A stretch of 64,000 nucleotides of DNA, taken from positions 1 to 64,000 of the forward strand of contig JAYGDX010000016.1 of assembly GCA_046582655.1 (NCBI GenBank). Reading direction: 5' to 3'. The position numbers were made by a program, and so were the translations under genes. Under the pieces are notes generated by a model. It searched no databases. It was given only the letters and a program-made list of their open reading frames with translations, and was not told the origin of the DNA. This DNA is from Candidatus Poribacteria bacterium (lineage in GTDB: Bacteria > Poribacteria > WGA-4E > UBA9662). Positions 1 to 10,539 of this stretch are shown here, piece by piece. Each line of letters begins with the position of its first letter. The stretch's first letter is position 1.

Positions 1-209
1 TCCTTCCTTGACGAAAACTAACCCTATCTCCACTTGCCAATTCTTGCAAAATGCACTTAAAGCACTTTAACTTTGTTCTCCAAAAGGTTCTCACTCTTAT
101 TTAGGGGATCCAGATCCAGATTTTATTCTTTATATTCTTTATTTTAAGAACTAAAAGTGAGATTTCTGGAGTTAGATACTCACCGATGAAAAATGACTAA
201 ACTTTTAAA

Positions 210-360
210 AATGAATCCACCTATAACTGGATTAAATTGCTTTATTATGCATTATTCTCCATGTGTTTTTCTGGCAAGGGCATAGTACTGATTGGGAATA
301 GGTAAAAATCAATTAATATTGCTAAAAAGCATATGAATACAGTTATAGTGGATCTTCATT
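210..360. repeat. Degenerate long inverted repeat (possible decayed MITE)
   Basis: AATGAATCCACCTATAACTGGATTAAATTGCTTT (from 210) is an imperfect reverse complement of AAAGCATATGAATACAGTTATAGTGGATCTTCATT (ending 360). Confidence 0.4.
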
Positions 361-505
361 TGTGGTAGATATAGCAAAACCTACAATAATTCCCCCAAGA
401 TTTGACCAAGTCCAGAATATCTAGTGAACACACCCTCTATCTACAAAAGATGTGCTGAATACGAACAACGAAATTGAGGGGGATTAGGGTAGGAAGAAGA
501 CACAC

Positions 506-535
506 TTGACGACACAATCAGGGGTCTGATATACT
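506..535 (+). promoter_or_regulatory. Putative sigma70 promoter for the 607 gene
   Basis: TTGACG (506-511), 18-nt spacer, TG-n-TATACT (530-535), about 70 nt upstream of the ATG. Confidence 0.5.
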
Positions 536-606
536 GTGTCCAGAAACCTTTGAAACCCTTACTGTATCAGGGAAAAATGGAATAGTTTAAATTGGTGGAA
601 TAGTCT

Positions 607-1743
607 ATGGTCAACCAAGCAATTGACAATCAAGATCTAGAGATTACGGATATAATTCCGGTAACCATACATGCTGCACGCAGTTACCCCGCTTGGGTAA
701 TTGTCAAGATCCAGACAGATCAAGGTGTCGAAGGTATTGGTGAGGGGTTTACTTGGGCGGGACAGGCAGGCTCTATTGTTAATTACATTTCCTTGATTCG
801 TCAGCAGATTTTGGGAGATTCTCCTTGTGAAATCCGGTCTTTTTTAGGGCGCTTCCCACCGAAGGCCGATGACCTCAATTGGAGTGCAGCAGTGTCAGCC
901 ATTGAAATTGCGCTTTGGGACATTTTGGGCAAGGTCGTGGATCTGCCCATTTACGGTCTGCTTGGTGGAGCGATTCGTGATAAGATACCACTTTACGCTG
1001 ATCACGGTGTCTTCAATGGCGCTGGTGATTGGGAAGAGTGTGTTGAACGTATCTTAGCGGTGAAAGAGGATGGGTTTGAAATGTTTAAATGGGATCCCTT
1101 TGAGGGCAGTGGAACCCCGACTCCCAGTGATTTGCGAGATCAGATCAGAAAGATCGAGACGGTTCGTGACGCTGTTGGTTCAGAATATCAAATTGCGATT
1201 GATGCACATAACCGTTTTTCTGTTGATGGGGCCATTATGGCAGTCCAAGCACTTGAATCGCTCAATATCTTTTTTCTTGAAGCTCCAACAGCGGATGACC
1301 CAGAACAGCTAAAGCAGGTTGCTAATGCGACCGATATTCCAATTGCTACTGGTGAACTGACATGTACACGTCAGGAAGCGAAAGCCCTTTTTGATAGCGG
1401 ATCCCTAGGTTTCTTTCAGCCGGAAGTTGGAACAAATGGTGGCATCTTGGAAACCGTTAAAACGGCAGATTTGGCTGAGACATATGGACTCAAGATCACC
1501 ACACATAATTGGTGTGGACCGGTTGTTACGCGTGCAGCTTCCTGTGCTTGTTCGGTTATCCCTAATCTATCATTTCAGGAATATGCCGGTGGTGCACCAA
1601 TTGATTCGTGGGAACATGAACTACTCATCCCTCCAACACAGATAGCAAACGGTCATCTGATTCTGCCTGATTTACCGGGACTGGGATTCAAACTCAATGA
1701 AGACTTGATGGTTTCAAAGCAGCTTGATCAATTCAAAGTTTAG
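607..1743 (+). CDS. Mandelate racemase/muconate lactonizing enzyme family protein (galactonate dehydratase-like acid-sugar dehydratase)
   Basis: N-terminal VKIQTDQGVEGIGE and SAIEIALWDILGK...LPIYGLLGG; KxD (FKWD); metal ligands DAH/EAP/GE; C-terminal PGLG. Confidence 0.9.
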   Translation: MVNQAIDNQDLEITDIIPVTIHAARSYPAWVIVKIQTDQGVEGIGEGFTWAGQAGSIVNYISLIRQQILGDSPCEIRSFLGRFPPKADDLNWSAAVSAIEIALWDILGKVVDLPIYGLLGGAIRDKIPLYADHGVFNGAGDWEECVERILAVKEDGFEMFKWDPFEGSGTPTPSDLRDQIRKIETVRDAVGSEYQIAIDAHNRFSVDGAIMAVQALESLNIFFLEAPTADDPEQLKQVANATDIPIATGELTCTRQEAKALFDSGSLGFFQPEVGTNGGILETVKTADLAETYGLKITTHNWCGPVVTRAASCACSVIPNLSFQEYAGGAPIDSWEHELLIPPTQIANGHLILPDLPGLGFKLNEDLMVSKQLDQFKV

Positions 1744-1931
1744 GTATGGATCTAACCAAAGGCTTAAAGCGTCGTATTGAGATCTATACTGGTCTGGTCT
1801 GGGGATTGACCTCCTCGGCAGCATATCAATTTCAGTGAAGATAAAGATCCCGAACCAAGATGGCAGTATAGCGATGGTTGCAGGATCATCAATAGCTTAT
1901 CGCGTACACTGCACCATAGACGAAAGCTTTA

Positions 1932-3854
1932 ATGCAACTATCAGAGAAAAGAACACCAGAAGTTGTTACCCAAAAGGCTATTATCGCTGGGCTGATACTA
2001 GTTGTCGTTAACGCCTATTGGGTTGGAATTGCCAGCGAACTCTGGTATGCGGTTTATACGCTTGTTTCGCCGTTCTCAAATGCCATCTTTACTCTTGCTG
2101 TCCTGATTGCTTTCAATATTTTCCTGACTCGATTTGTCAGGCCACTTGCCTTTACAGCAGGAGAACTGCTGTTGATCTACATTATGGTCACCATGGTTTC
2201 CACTATCTCTGGGCATGCCATGATGGCTATTCTAATGGGCACCTTAGCCCATCCGTATTGGTTTGCTACCCCTGAAAATGAATGGGCGCAGCTGTTTTGG
2301 CGACACATTCCATCTTGGATAACGGTTTCCAACACTGAGTGGCTGAGAGGTTATTACGAAGGCGAATCAACAATTTTTACCCTGGAACACCTGCGGGCTT
2401 GGTTGGTACCGGTGTTGGTTTGGTCAGGGTTCATTTTTGTTCTGTATGGATCTCTACTTGGTATTGGCTTGATTCTCCGGAAGCAGTGGATGGAACATGA
2501 GAAACTCAGTTTCCCGTTGACCCATCTGCCCCTCCAGATGACAACCAACCGCAATTTTTTTCGTAACAGATTAATGTGGATTGGATTTTCGATCTCAGCC
2601 ATCATCCGAATAGTTAATGGAATACACGATATTTTTCCCGCTATGCCCGGTTTCCCACCCAATTTACGTCTAGATCGATATTTTTTTACTGATCGACCTT
2701 GGAGTGCAATTGGTTATACCTCGATGTCGTTTAACTTAGCAATTGTCGGTTTAACCTATTTTATGCCGCTGGATCTTGCTTTTTCCACTTGGTTTTTTTT
2801 CTGGCTGACGCGTGCGGAAAAAGTGTTTGCTGACATCATCGGTTGGCAAAATATGCATTTGAATGATCGCGCGACGGGAGGATGGATCGGCATTGCCCTG
2901 ATCGCACTGTGGGGAGCACGCCGACATCTGGCGACCTTGATCAAACACATATTCAGTCGACATGTTATTAATGATAACAGCGAGCCTGTATCTTATGGAG
3001 TAACACTGATTTTGACAGTCCTGAGTATTGGTTTGGTGTTTCTGTTCTGTTATACCGCTGGAATGTCGATTTGGGTAATCACAGTTTTCTACGCCATTTT
3101 TCTTGCATTTGCCCTTGCCATTGGTCGTGTACGAGCAGAACTTGGTCCACCTTATCATGAAGTAATCGGTATCAACCCACGCCAGATGATGGTTGATATC
3201 TTTGGAACACGCAAATTGGGTGGTGCTAACTTAACTATTCTGAGTTTTTTATATGCTTTTAATCGGTGTAACCGATCTCATCCAATGCCCAACCAGGTTG
3301 AGTCGCTCCGAATTGGTGATCGTGTTCAGATACCAGGGCGACCTCTAATTATATCCATGGGATTAGCAATAGCCGTTGGCGCGTTTGCAACATTGTGGTC
3401 TTATTTGGAGATTGTTTACCGATACGGACTTGATCGGTGTCATGGTGCGATCGGTCACTTTGGGTGGGAGACCCTGAATCCATTACAGAGTTGGTTGCAA
3501 CACCCAAAGTCAATGGAAGGACTAGGCGTTGTCTTCATGCTGGCTGGAATGGGATTCGTGTTTGTCCTTCAACTGATGCGTACTTATTTTCTCTGGTGGC
3601 CATTGCATGCCTCCGGCTATGTTTTGTCGGGCGCGGCTTGGGGAGGGTTAATTTACTTCTGGTTTCCTGTCATGCTCAGTTGGCTAATAAAGTATTTAAT
3701 TCTTAAATTTTCGGGTTGGAACACACACCGAAAAATGATACCATTTTTTCTTGGGTTGGTTCTGGGTGACTATATTCCACGAAGCATTTTAAGTATCGTT
3801 AGTTTCATTCTTAATTTGTATATGCCATCATCCGGAGCAGGTCATACGCTCTGA
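1932..3854 (+). CDS. Multi-pass membrane protein, DUF6785/DUF6784-type putative peptide transporter
   Basis: 640 aa, many TM segments; family-like motifs ELLLIY, ATPENEW, RKQWMEHEKLSFPL, RVRAELG, WWPLH, FFLGLVLGD. Confidence 0.75.
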   Translation: MQLSEKRTPEVVTQKAIIAGLILVVVNAYWVGIASELWYAVYTLVSPFSNAIFTLAVLIAFNIFLTRFVRPLAFTAGELLLIYIMVTMVSTISGHAMMAILMGTLAHPYWFATPENEWAQLFWRHIPSWITVSNTEWLRGYYEGESTIFTLEHLRAWLVPVLVWSGFIFVLYGSLLGIGLILRKQWMEHEKLSFPLTHLPLQMTTNRNFFRNRLMWIGFSISAIIRIVNGIHDIFPAMPGFPPNLRLDRYFFTDRPWSAIGYTSMSFNLAIVGLTYFMPLDLAFSTWFFFWLTRAEKVFADIIGWQNMHLNDRATGGWIGIALIALWGARRHLATLIKHIFSRHVINDNSEPVSYGVTLILTVLSIGLVFLFCYTAGMSIWVITVFYAIFLAFALAIGRVRAELGPPYHEVIGINPRQMMVDIFGTRKLGGANLTILSFLYAFNRCNRSHPMPNQVESLRIGDRVQIPGRPLIISMGLAIAVGAFATLWSYLEIVYRYGLDRCHGAIGHFGWETLNPLQSWLQHPKSMEGLGVVFMLAGMGFVFVLQLMRTYFLWWPLHASGYVLSGAAWGGLIYFWFPVMLSWLIKYLILKFSGWNTHRKMIPFFLGLVLGDYIPRSILSIVSFILNLYMPSSGAGHTL

Positions 3855-4013
3855 TGAATTGTGTCAATGATAGTTAGTTTGAAAAGGTAGTCTTAATGAT
3901 AACAATGGTTGGTTGTGTATCTGGTCGGATGTCATCTGAATTTCTCGAACGATATAATCCGACATTGTTAAAGATGAAAAATATTAATTCTGAAGGTGAG
4001 GGAAATAATATAG

Positions 4014-6422
4014 ATGAATATTAGTTTTAATTGGCTTAGAGAATATATCGATTTCGACTTAACGCCGATAGAACTTGGTGAAAAACTGATGATGCTTGGA
4101 ACCGAAGTGGAGTCAATTACCCAGCTTAATAAAGGATTTGATAACATTGTTGTCGGCAGAATTATCAATGTTCGAAAGCATCCACAGGCTGATAAGCTTG
4201 TTTTGTGTGATGTTGATGTAGGTAAAGAAGAATTACAGATTATTTGTGGCGCCCCGAATGCACAAAAAGACCTAGTTGCTCCTGTAGCCTTAGTCGGTGC
4301 CAATTTGGCAAATGGCAATATAATCAAAAAAGCAAAATTGCGAGGGGAAACATCATTTGGAATGCTTTGCTCGGAGAAAGAGCTTGGTCTTTCTGAAGAA
4401 TCTTCAGGATTGATGGAGCTACCGGATGACCTTGAAATTGGTATGCCGCTGACGAAAGCCCTTGGCCGGGATGATGTTGTGTTAGAACTAGAACTAACTC
4501 CAAACCGTCCTGACTGCTTGAGTATCGTTGGCATTGCTCGGGAGGTTGCTGCTGTTACTAGTGGTTGTGTTCATTTTCCCGATATCCAAGTCGAGGAAGG
4601 AAATGCTCGGGTGGAAGAATTTACTTCTGTTACGATTCAGGCACCAGATTTGTGCCCGCGATATGCCGTGCGCATCATTCGTGACATCAAGGTTGGAAAC
4701 TCACCAGCTTGGTTGCGAAACCGGCTCAAGTCAGTCGGTGTAAACTCAATTAATAACATTGTTGATGTAACCAACTACGTCATGCATGAAATGGGGCAGC
4801 CACTTCATGCATTTGATTATGATGAGCTCGTGGAGCATCGAATTATTGTTCGTCGTGCCCAAGAAGGTGAAATACCTAGGACTCTTGATGAGGAGGATCA
4901 CAAGCTTACATCCGAGATGCTGGTTATTGCTGACGCAAAAAAACCGCTTGCTGTCGCGGGCATAATGGGAGGGCTTGATTCGGCGATATCTGAGAATACA
5001 ACCGATGTTTTGCTTGAAAGTGCGTACTTTCAGGCTACTAATATTCGTAAGACTTCAAAATCACTTGGTATGCACACCGATGCCTCACACCGGTTCGAGC
5101 GTGGAGCCGATCCAGAGTCCGTGATCCCGGCTATTAACCGAGCCGCGCAATTTATCGTCGATCTAGCGGGAGGTGAAATTGCTGAGGGAATTATTGACGT
5201 TTATCCCGGCAAACGTGATTCAACTGAGATTAAGTTGCGACCGAGTCGTGTCAATTTTGTTTTAGGAACTAATATAGAATCTAATCAAATGGAAAGCATA
5301 TTGACAAGTTTGGAATTTGACATTCAGAATTTAGCTGAATCAGGGGATTTAAAAGTAACAGTTCCAACATTTCGCCCCGATGTAGAGCGTGAAATTGACT
5401 TGATTGAAGAAATTGCACGTGTTTATGGTTATGACAACATCCCCACAACTCTCCCAACTAGCAATATCCTAATTCCAAAAATAAATTACCGTTCTTTGCT
5501 TCGAGAATCTGTAAAGGAACATCTCTTAGCGTCAGGGTTGATGGAGGCGATTAATTATTCCTTTTACAATTCCGATGTCTTTGATAGGATTCGGCTGTCA
5601 TCAGACGATCCACTCAGACAAGCTATTCCAATACAAAATCCGCTAACCCAGGATTTCTCGACTATGCGGTCAACATTAATTCCGAGTTTACTCGAAAATG
5701 TTGCACGAAACAATAGTCGTCAAATAAATGATATTCAGCTTTTCGAGTTTGCAAAGGTATTTTATCCTAGCCAAGATCAACGTTTGCCTCAGGAATTGGA
5801 GCGGGTAGCGGGCATTATGGTAGGAAGCCTAAGTTCTGGTATCTATGGTGCGCCGCGGCAAGCTATCGACTTTTTTGACATCAAAGGGATTGTCGAAGGG
5901 ATTTTGGATTTGGCGAGTGTTTCTGGTTATGAAATTGAAAGGATGAGTCATCCAACTTTTCATCCTGGTCGATGTGCATCAATCCACGCTGATGGAGAAT
6001 CGATTTGCTTATTTGGTGAAATACATCCTTGGGTCAAAGAAAACTATGATCTCACCGACCAAACCTATGTTTTTGAGCTTGATTTTGATAGGCTGGCAGA
6101 ATTAGCTACACCCGACAAAAAATTTGAACCAATTCCAATTTATCCTAGTATTCAACGAGATCTGGCAATTCTGGTGTCAAAGGATATCTCGTCAAATCAA
6201 CCGCTTCAGATTATCAAAGAAATTGGGGGTAATCTCATTGATTCTGTTTATCTTTTCGACCTGTACGCTGGGAACCAAATCCCAAAAGAAAAAAAGAGTC
6301 TAGCATATACCATCGAATACCGTTCCCAAATTGAGACGCTGACCGACGATGTTATTGACATAATCCAGTTCAGAATTATTGAAAGACTGGAAGAAGATCT
6401 CAAGGCAGAACTTCGCACTTGA
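4014..6422 (+). CDS. pheT: Phenylalanine--tRNA ligase beta subunit
   Basis: MNISFNWLREY, HPQADKL, ICGAPN, LRGETSFGMLCS, TPNRPDCLS, RFERG, NPL, RDLA; 802 aa. Confidence 0.98.
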   Translation: MNISFNWLREYIDFDLTPIELGEKLMMLGTEVESITQLNKGFDNIVVGRIINVRKHPQADKLVLCDVDVGKEELQIICGAPNAQKDLVAPVALVGANLANGNIIKKAKLRGETSFGMLCSEKELGLSEESSGLMELPDDLEIGMPLTKALGRDDVVLELELTPNRPDCLSIVGIAREVAAVTSGCVHFPDIQVEEGNARVEEFTSVTIQAPDLCPRYAVRIIRDIKVGNSPAWLRNRLKSVGVNSINNIVDVTNYVMHEMGQPLHAFDYDELVEHRIIVRRAQEGEIPRTLDEEDHKLTSEMLVIADAKKPLAVAGIMGGLDSAISENTTDVLLESAYFQATNIRKTSKSLGMHTDASHRFERGADPESVIPAINRAAQFIVDLAGGEIAEGIIDVYPGKRDSTEIKLRPSRVNFVLGTNIESNQMESILTSLEFDIQNLAESGDLKVTVPTFRPDVEREIDLIEEIARVYGYDNIPTTLPTSNILIPKINYRSLLRESVKEHLLASGLMEAINYSFYNSDVFDRIRLSSDDPLRQAIPIQNPLTQDFSTMRSTLIPSLLENVARNNSRQINDIQLFEFAKVFYPSQDQRLPQELERVAGIMVGSLSSGIYGAPRQAIDFFDIKGIVEGILDLASVSGYEIERMSHPTFHPGRCASIHADGESICLFGEIHPWVKENYDLTDQTYVFELDFDRLAELATPDKKFEPIPIYPSIQRDLAILVSKDISSNQPLQIIKEIGGNLIDSVYLFDLYAGNQIPKEKKSLAYTIEYRSQIETLTDDVIDIIQFRIIERLEEDLKAELRT

Positions 6423-7282
6423 AGAACACATTTTTATCTTTGCTGTTAATCTGTGTTACAGTTGTATGGGGTTGGACATTTGTAATTGTTCGAGATGCTA
6501 CAAGCCCTGAAGTTTACGGCGTTGTCGCATTCCTCACTCTTCGTTTTGCAGTTGCATCAGTTACACTAATTTACTTCGCCAGAAGAATTAACCGCCGGAC
6601 GTTAACAGCAGGACTTGGTTTTGGTATGATCGTTAGCATCGGTTATCTTTGCCAAACCTTTGGGCTTCGCTATACCACAGCTACCAATTCCGGACTAATT
6701 ACCGGTCTATTCGTAATTTTTGTGCCGGTCACTGACTTCCTCCTTTTTAAAAATCGGCCGCCTCGTACTTTTCTCTTGATTATCTGTATTTGCTTCGCTG
6801 GTATTATCTGTTTGGCGGGTGGGAATTTGGAAGGATTAAGTCTTGGTGACTTATTAACTTTGGGATGTGCTGTGGCTTTTGGTGTTGATATTTCTTTGCT
6901 CTCACGGTATGCTAAAAATCATGATCCTGGTGCATTGATGCTTGTACAGATGATATCATCCGCAATTATATGCGCCGTGGTGTGGTGGCTCACCGAGCCA
7001 TTCAAATTGCCGCCAGATTTTGTGGTTTGGCAGGCAATTTTGCTGACGGGAATCGCGGCCTCAGCGTTAGCGTTTACAATACAAGCTTTTGTCCAACAGA
7101 GAATTTCCTCTGTTAGAGCCGCAGTTATCCTCACAACTGAACCTATGTTTGCCTCCATTTTTGGATACCTCTTAGCCGGTGATAGGCTTAAGCCAATGCA
7201 AATTCTGGGTGGTGTATTCATCCTCGCTGGAATCCTGACGGGAGAGGTGTTAGCGGCGATTCAGCAACAAAATAGAAAGTAA
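6419..7282 (+). CDS. DMT/EamA family transporter
   Basis: About 10 TM helices, two EamA repeats, WGWTF, QTFGLRYTTA, EPMFA; overlaps the pheT stop. Confidence 0.9.
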   Translation: MKNTFLSLLLICVTVVWGWTFVIVRDATSPEVYGVVAFLTLRFAVASVTLIYFARRINRRTLTAGLGFGMIVSIGYLCQTFGLRYTTATNSGLITGLFVIFVPVTDFLLFKNRPPRTFLLIICICFAGIICLAGGNLEGLSLGDLLTLGCAVAFGVDISLLSRYAKNHDPGALMLVQMISSAIICAVVWWLTEPFKLPPDFVVWQAILLTGIAASALAFTIQAFVQQRISSVRAAVILTTEPMFASIFGYLLAGDRLKPMQILGGVFILAGILTGEVLAAIQQQNRK

Positions 7283-7295
7283 ATTAGATCAACTT

Positions 7296-9398
7296 ATGAA
7301 TCCAGATACAGCAGCAGGGTATTTACAAATTGGCATTGCGGTCATCTTGGCCCTTTTAGGCGGATTTATCTTAGTCAAACGTCCTGAAAGTCATCCCGGT
7401 CGACTTGTGGCAGTTCTCTGCTTCCTGAATAGTGTGTGGGTGGGTATCGAATTTTTTTCAGACCTGTATGAAAAGAAGGAAATGCTGAAAACCACACTTT
7501 ACCTGCAGAATTTCAGCAAATTTTTTATCTCGAATATTATCGCAACACTTGTCTGTTTCTCCTGGTATTTTCCACACAGACCGCCAAAAGCTAAACGAAG
7601 GCAGACGGTGTTGATCTATTCAGTCGCACTCATATTTTCGCTCTTTGTTTTTAGTCGATGGAATCCGAAATCGGCAGAGTTTATTCAAGGCAAGCTGAGA
7701 ATCGAGCACGGTTTCATTCACCATCCTCTCTACTTCGGATTCATTATATTTGGAGGCCTTTATGCTCTCGGAAACTTACTGACTAAATTCCGTGAGTTAG
7801 ATTCACCATCGGTCAGACTGCAACTCGTCTATGTCACAGTAGGGCTTGGTTTATCTTTGGTAATTGCGGCCATCTTCAGTCTGATTCTGCCTGTTTTTAA
7901 TATCCGTCACCTAGCATTCCTTGGAACCCTAGCACCCGTGATCGGGTTTGGTTTTATGACTTACGCAATTGTGAAATATCGCGCCATGGAAATCGATTTT
8001 ATTATTCATAGAACATTATTTTGGCTTATTGTTAGCTCGATTGCAATTGGCACGATATACGTAGTTATCTATTTACTAGGAACACAATTTCAGCTATTCA
8101 GTCAGATTTCGCTAGCAATCATTTTAGCACGTGTCCTGTTTTTGACCTACAATGATACTGTACAACCAGCAATCACTCGGCTTTTTCAGAATGATCAGCA
8201 TAAAATGGAGACAACCATTAATGGCCTTATGGATTCGACTCGGTATTTACAAGGACTTGAAGTATTGGTTCATGATATTCTTCAGATGAGCCGTGATGTT
8301 TTACGAATCCCGAATTCACACATGCTTATTTATTATGATGATGCCGCGGTATTTATTAAAATGGGGCTTGAAACAAATCAGCCTACCAACCTAACTCGAG
8401 ATAACCCATTTTTCAGATGGCTTGTTAGCTTTGATCAAATTGTCGAACGTGAACGGATCGAATTTCATTCGCAACACCAAGAGATTCGTGAAGTCGCACT
8501 TCCATATTTCAATCAGGTCGAAATAGAGGTTTGTGTGCCCTTTATACATGGGGGACAAATACTTGGCACTTTGAATTTAGGCCGGAAATCAGACACCCGT
8601 TGGAACCTAACGGTACGTGAACTGGGATTGCTGGATCGGCTTCGAAAGTCAGTTACCCTTGCTCTTGAGAACGCTTTGTTACATGAAACACGACTTGATA
8701 TACAGGAGAAACAAATTCAGGCAGAATTACTAGCTTCCGCCTCTAGTTCACTAGCTCATTCCATCAAGAACCCTCTTGGTTTACTCTGTGCTAATCTTGA
8801 CTTACTACGTGAATCAACATCTAACTTTGTTGATCAGGAAATTAGATCCGCATTGCTAGATACAGAAGTGCAGATCCGTAAGATCGAGGATATCATCAAT
8901 CAAATCCGAAATGCGAATATCGGTCCATCAGAACTGGAATCTTTACGGTTAGATCTTCTGATTCGCGAAATCCTTTCTGAACAAGTAAGATTATCAATTG
9001 AAACCGAAATCCGTATCGAACCAACCGAAATTATGGCAGATCAGGGGCAAATCCGCCTGGCATTGACGAATATTATCATAAATGCCTATCAGGCAATGGC
9101 GCCATCAGTCGATTCATCAAGTAGAAACGGAAAATTAGTCGTTGATATGATTATTTGCCAAAATAACCAAACCCTTGAACTTAAAATCAGTGATACTGGT
9201 TGTGGCATGTCGGATGTTCTGATTACTCAGATTTTAAGTCGGCCCTTTGTTACGCAGAAAAAGATGGGGACAGGATTGGGTGTCTGGACGGCAAAAAAAA
9301 TCATCGAGGCTCATAGAGGAAAACTTGATTTTGAGTCAAAGGAAGGAGAAGGCACAATAGCAATTATCATTTTACCTCTTTCCATAGCAGATCCCTAA
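7296..9398 (+). CDS. Membrane sensor histidine kinase (N-terminal 7TM region, GAF-like domain, HisKA, HATPase)
   Basis: Hydrophobic N-terminal half; H-box LAHSIKNPL; N-box NIIINAYQA; G1 DTGCGM; G2 GTGLG. Confidence 0.9.
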   Translation: MNPDTAAGYLQIGIAVILALLGGFILVKRPESHPGRLVAVLCFLNSVWVGIEFFSDLYEKKEMLKTTLYLQNFSKFFISNIIATLVCFSWYFPHRPPKAKRRQTVLIYSVALIFSLFVFSRWNPKSAEFIQGKLRIEHGFIHHPLYFGFIIFGGLYALGNLLTKFRELDSPSVRLQLVYVTVGLGLSLVIAAIFSLILPVFNIRHLAFLGTLAPVIGFGFMTYAIVKYRAMEIDFIIHRTLFWLIVSSIAIGTIYVVIYLLGTQFQLFSQISLAIILARVLFLTYNDTVQPAITRLFQNDQHKMETTINGLMDSTRYLQGLEVLVHDILQMSRDVLRIPNSHMLIYYDDAAVFIKMGLETNQPTNLTRDNPFFRWLVSFDQIVERERIEFHSQHQEIREVALPYFNQVEIEVCVPFIHGGQILGTLNLGRKSDTRWNLTVRELGLLDRLRKSVTLALENALLHETRLDIQEKQIQAELLASASSSLAHSIKNPLGLLCANLDLLRESTSNFVDQEIRSALLDTEVQIRKIEDIINQIRNANIGPSELESLRLDLLIREILSEQVRLSIETEIRIEPTEIMADQGQIRLALTNIIINAYQAMAPSVDSSSRNGKLVVDMIICQNNQTLELKISDTGCGMSDVLITQILSRPFVTQKKMGTGLGVWTAKKIIEAHRGKLDFESKEGEGTIAIIILPLSIADP

Positions 9399-9420
9399 AT
9401 CTATTTTATGAAGTAGGTAG

Positions 9421-10485
9421 TTGAGAAACGTCGTAACTTTCGATATAATGAGGATCATGTATGATCTAGAGCTGGTTGGCAATAAGAACGATAATTTATG
9501 GGATAAAATGCTATATAGTTGTCCGTATAGCACAGCCTTTCAAGCTATGGCCTGGCGAAATGCGCTTACAAAGTCCTTTAAGCAGATGTGTCCATTGTAC
9601 TATCTTATCCGACAAGGACAAGACATTATTGGTGGATTGCCAATGTTTGTTTTTCAACCCATACCGGGAATTAGAATGCTACACTCGATGCCATGGAATT
9701 TATTGGGAGGATTACAACTTGTTGCTGGAAAACAAGTTGATCTTGGTTCGTTGATTGAAGCAATTGAAACTACGTTGAATCAGGTAGTATTGGAACAAGG
9801 CATTTCTGAGACGGTTTATATATTCGATTCGAACCATGTCAATCTATACGAACGTAAACTTATTGAATTCAAATATAGAAAGTTAGCGAACCAGTTCACT
9901 CATCTTCTCAAAACCAATTCTGACTATGAGGTATTATGGACTGCGTATAATAAAAGGGTTCGGGGCGCGGTAAGAAAAGCAATCAAAAATTCAATTACTG
10001 TGACAGACGCTCAAACTGATGATGAATTAAGAAACTTTTACCACATTTATCTTACAACTCAAAAGAGACTGTATGGTACTCCTAAACCATTTATGCTGAT
10101 GTGTGAACTTGTTAAAACTGGCTTAGGTAGGATATCAATCGCAAAGAAAGATGATCAGATTATTGCGGGTTTATTGTATTTGGCGTTCAATCGTACTATT
10201 ACTCTGTGGTGCGCGGGGTCTCTTCCTGAGTTTTGGCGTTTTCGACCCAACAATGCAATATTTGATCAGATTATTCGGTGGGCATGTCAAAATGGATACG
10301 ATTACGTGGATTTTGGAGCATCCCCACCTGGAAACCAGGGACTAATCAAGTTCAAAGAGGAATTTCGGGCAAGGCGATCGGACTTCGTTAGCTATATCAA
10401 AGTCCATTCTCCCATCAAGAAGAAGATATGGGAAAAGGCGGAACCCACGCTAAGAAAGATGTATACTTGGGCACAGCATACTTAA
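9421..10485 (+). CDS. GNAT-fold FemAB-like acyltransferase (true start may be ATG 9448 or 9457)
   Basis: RGAVRKA, PNNAI...IRWA, DFGAS, GLIKFKEEF motifs of FemAB-related GNAT proteins. Confidence 0.8.
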   Translation: MRNVVTFDIMRIMYDLELVGNKNDNLWDKMLYSCPYSTAFQAMAWRNALTKSFKQMCPLYYLIRQGQDIIGGLPMFVFQPIPGIRMLHSMPWNLLGGLQLVAGKQVDLGSLIEAIETTLNQVVLEQGISETVYIFDSNHVNLYERKLIEFKYRKLANQFTHLLKTNSDYEVLWTAYNKRVRGAVRKAIKNSITVTDAQTDDELRNFYHIYLTTQKRLYGTPKPFMLMCELVKTGLGRISIAKKDDQIIAGLLYLAFNRTITLWCAGSLPEFWRFRPNNAIFDQIIRWACQNGYDYVDFGASPPGNQGLIKFKEEFRARRSDFVSYIKVHSPIKKKIWEKAEPTLRKMYTWAQHT

Positions 10486-10539
10486 AGTTTAATGTCCAAA
10501 TGATTTTTTTGCCTTTTGATTGAGTGTTTTCATATTAGG

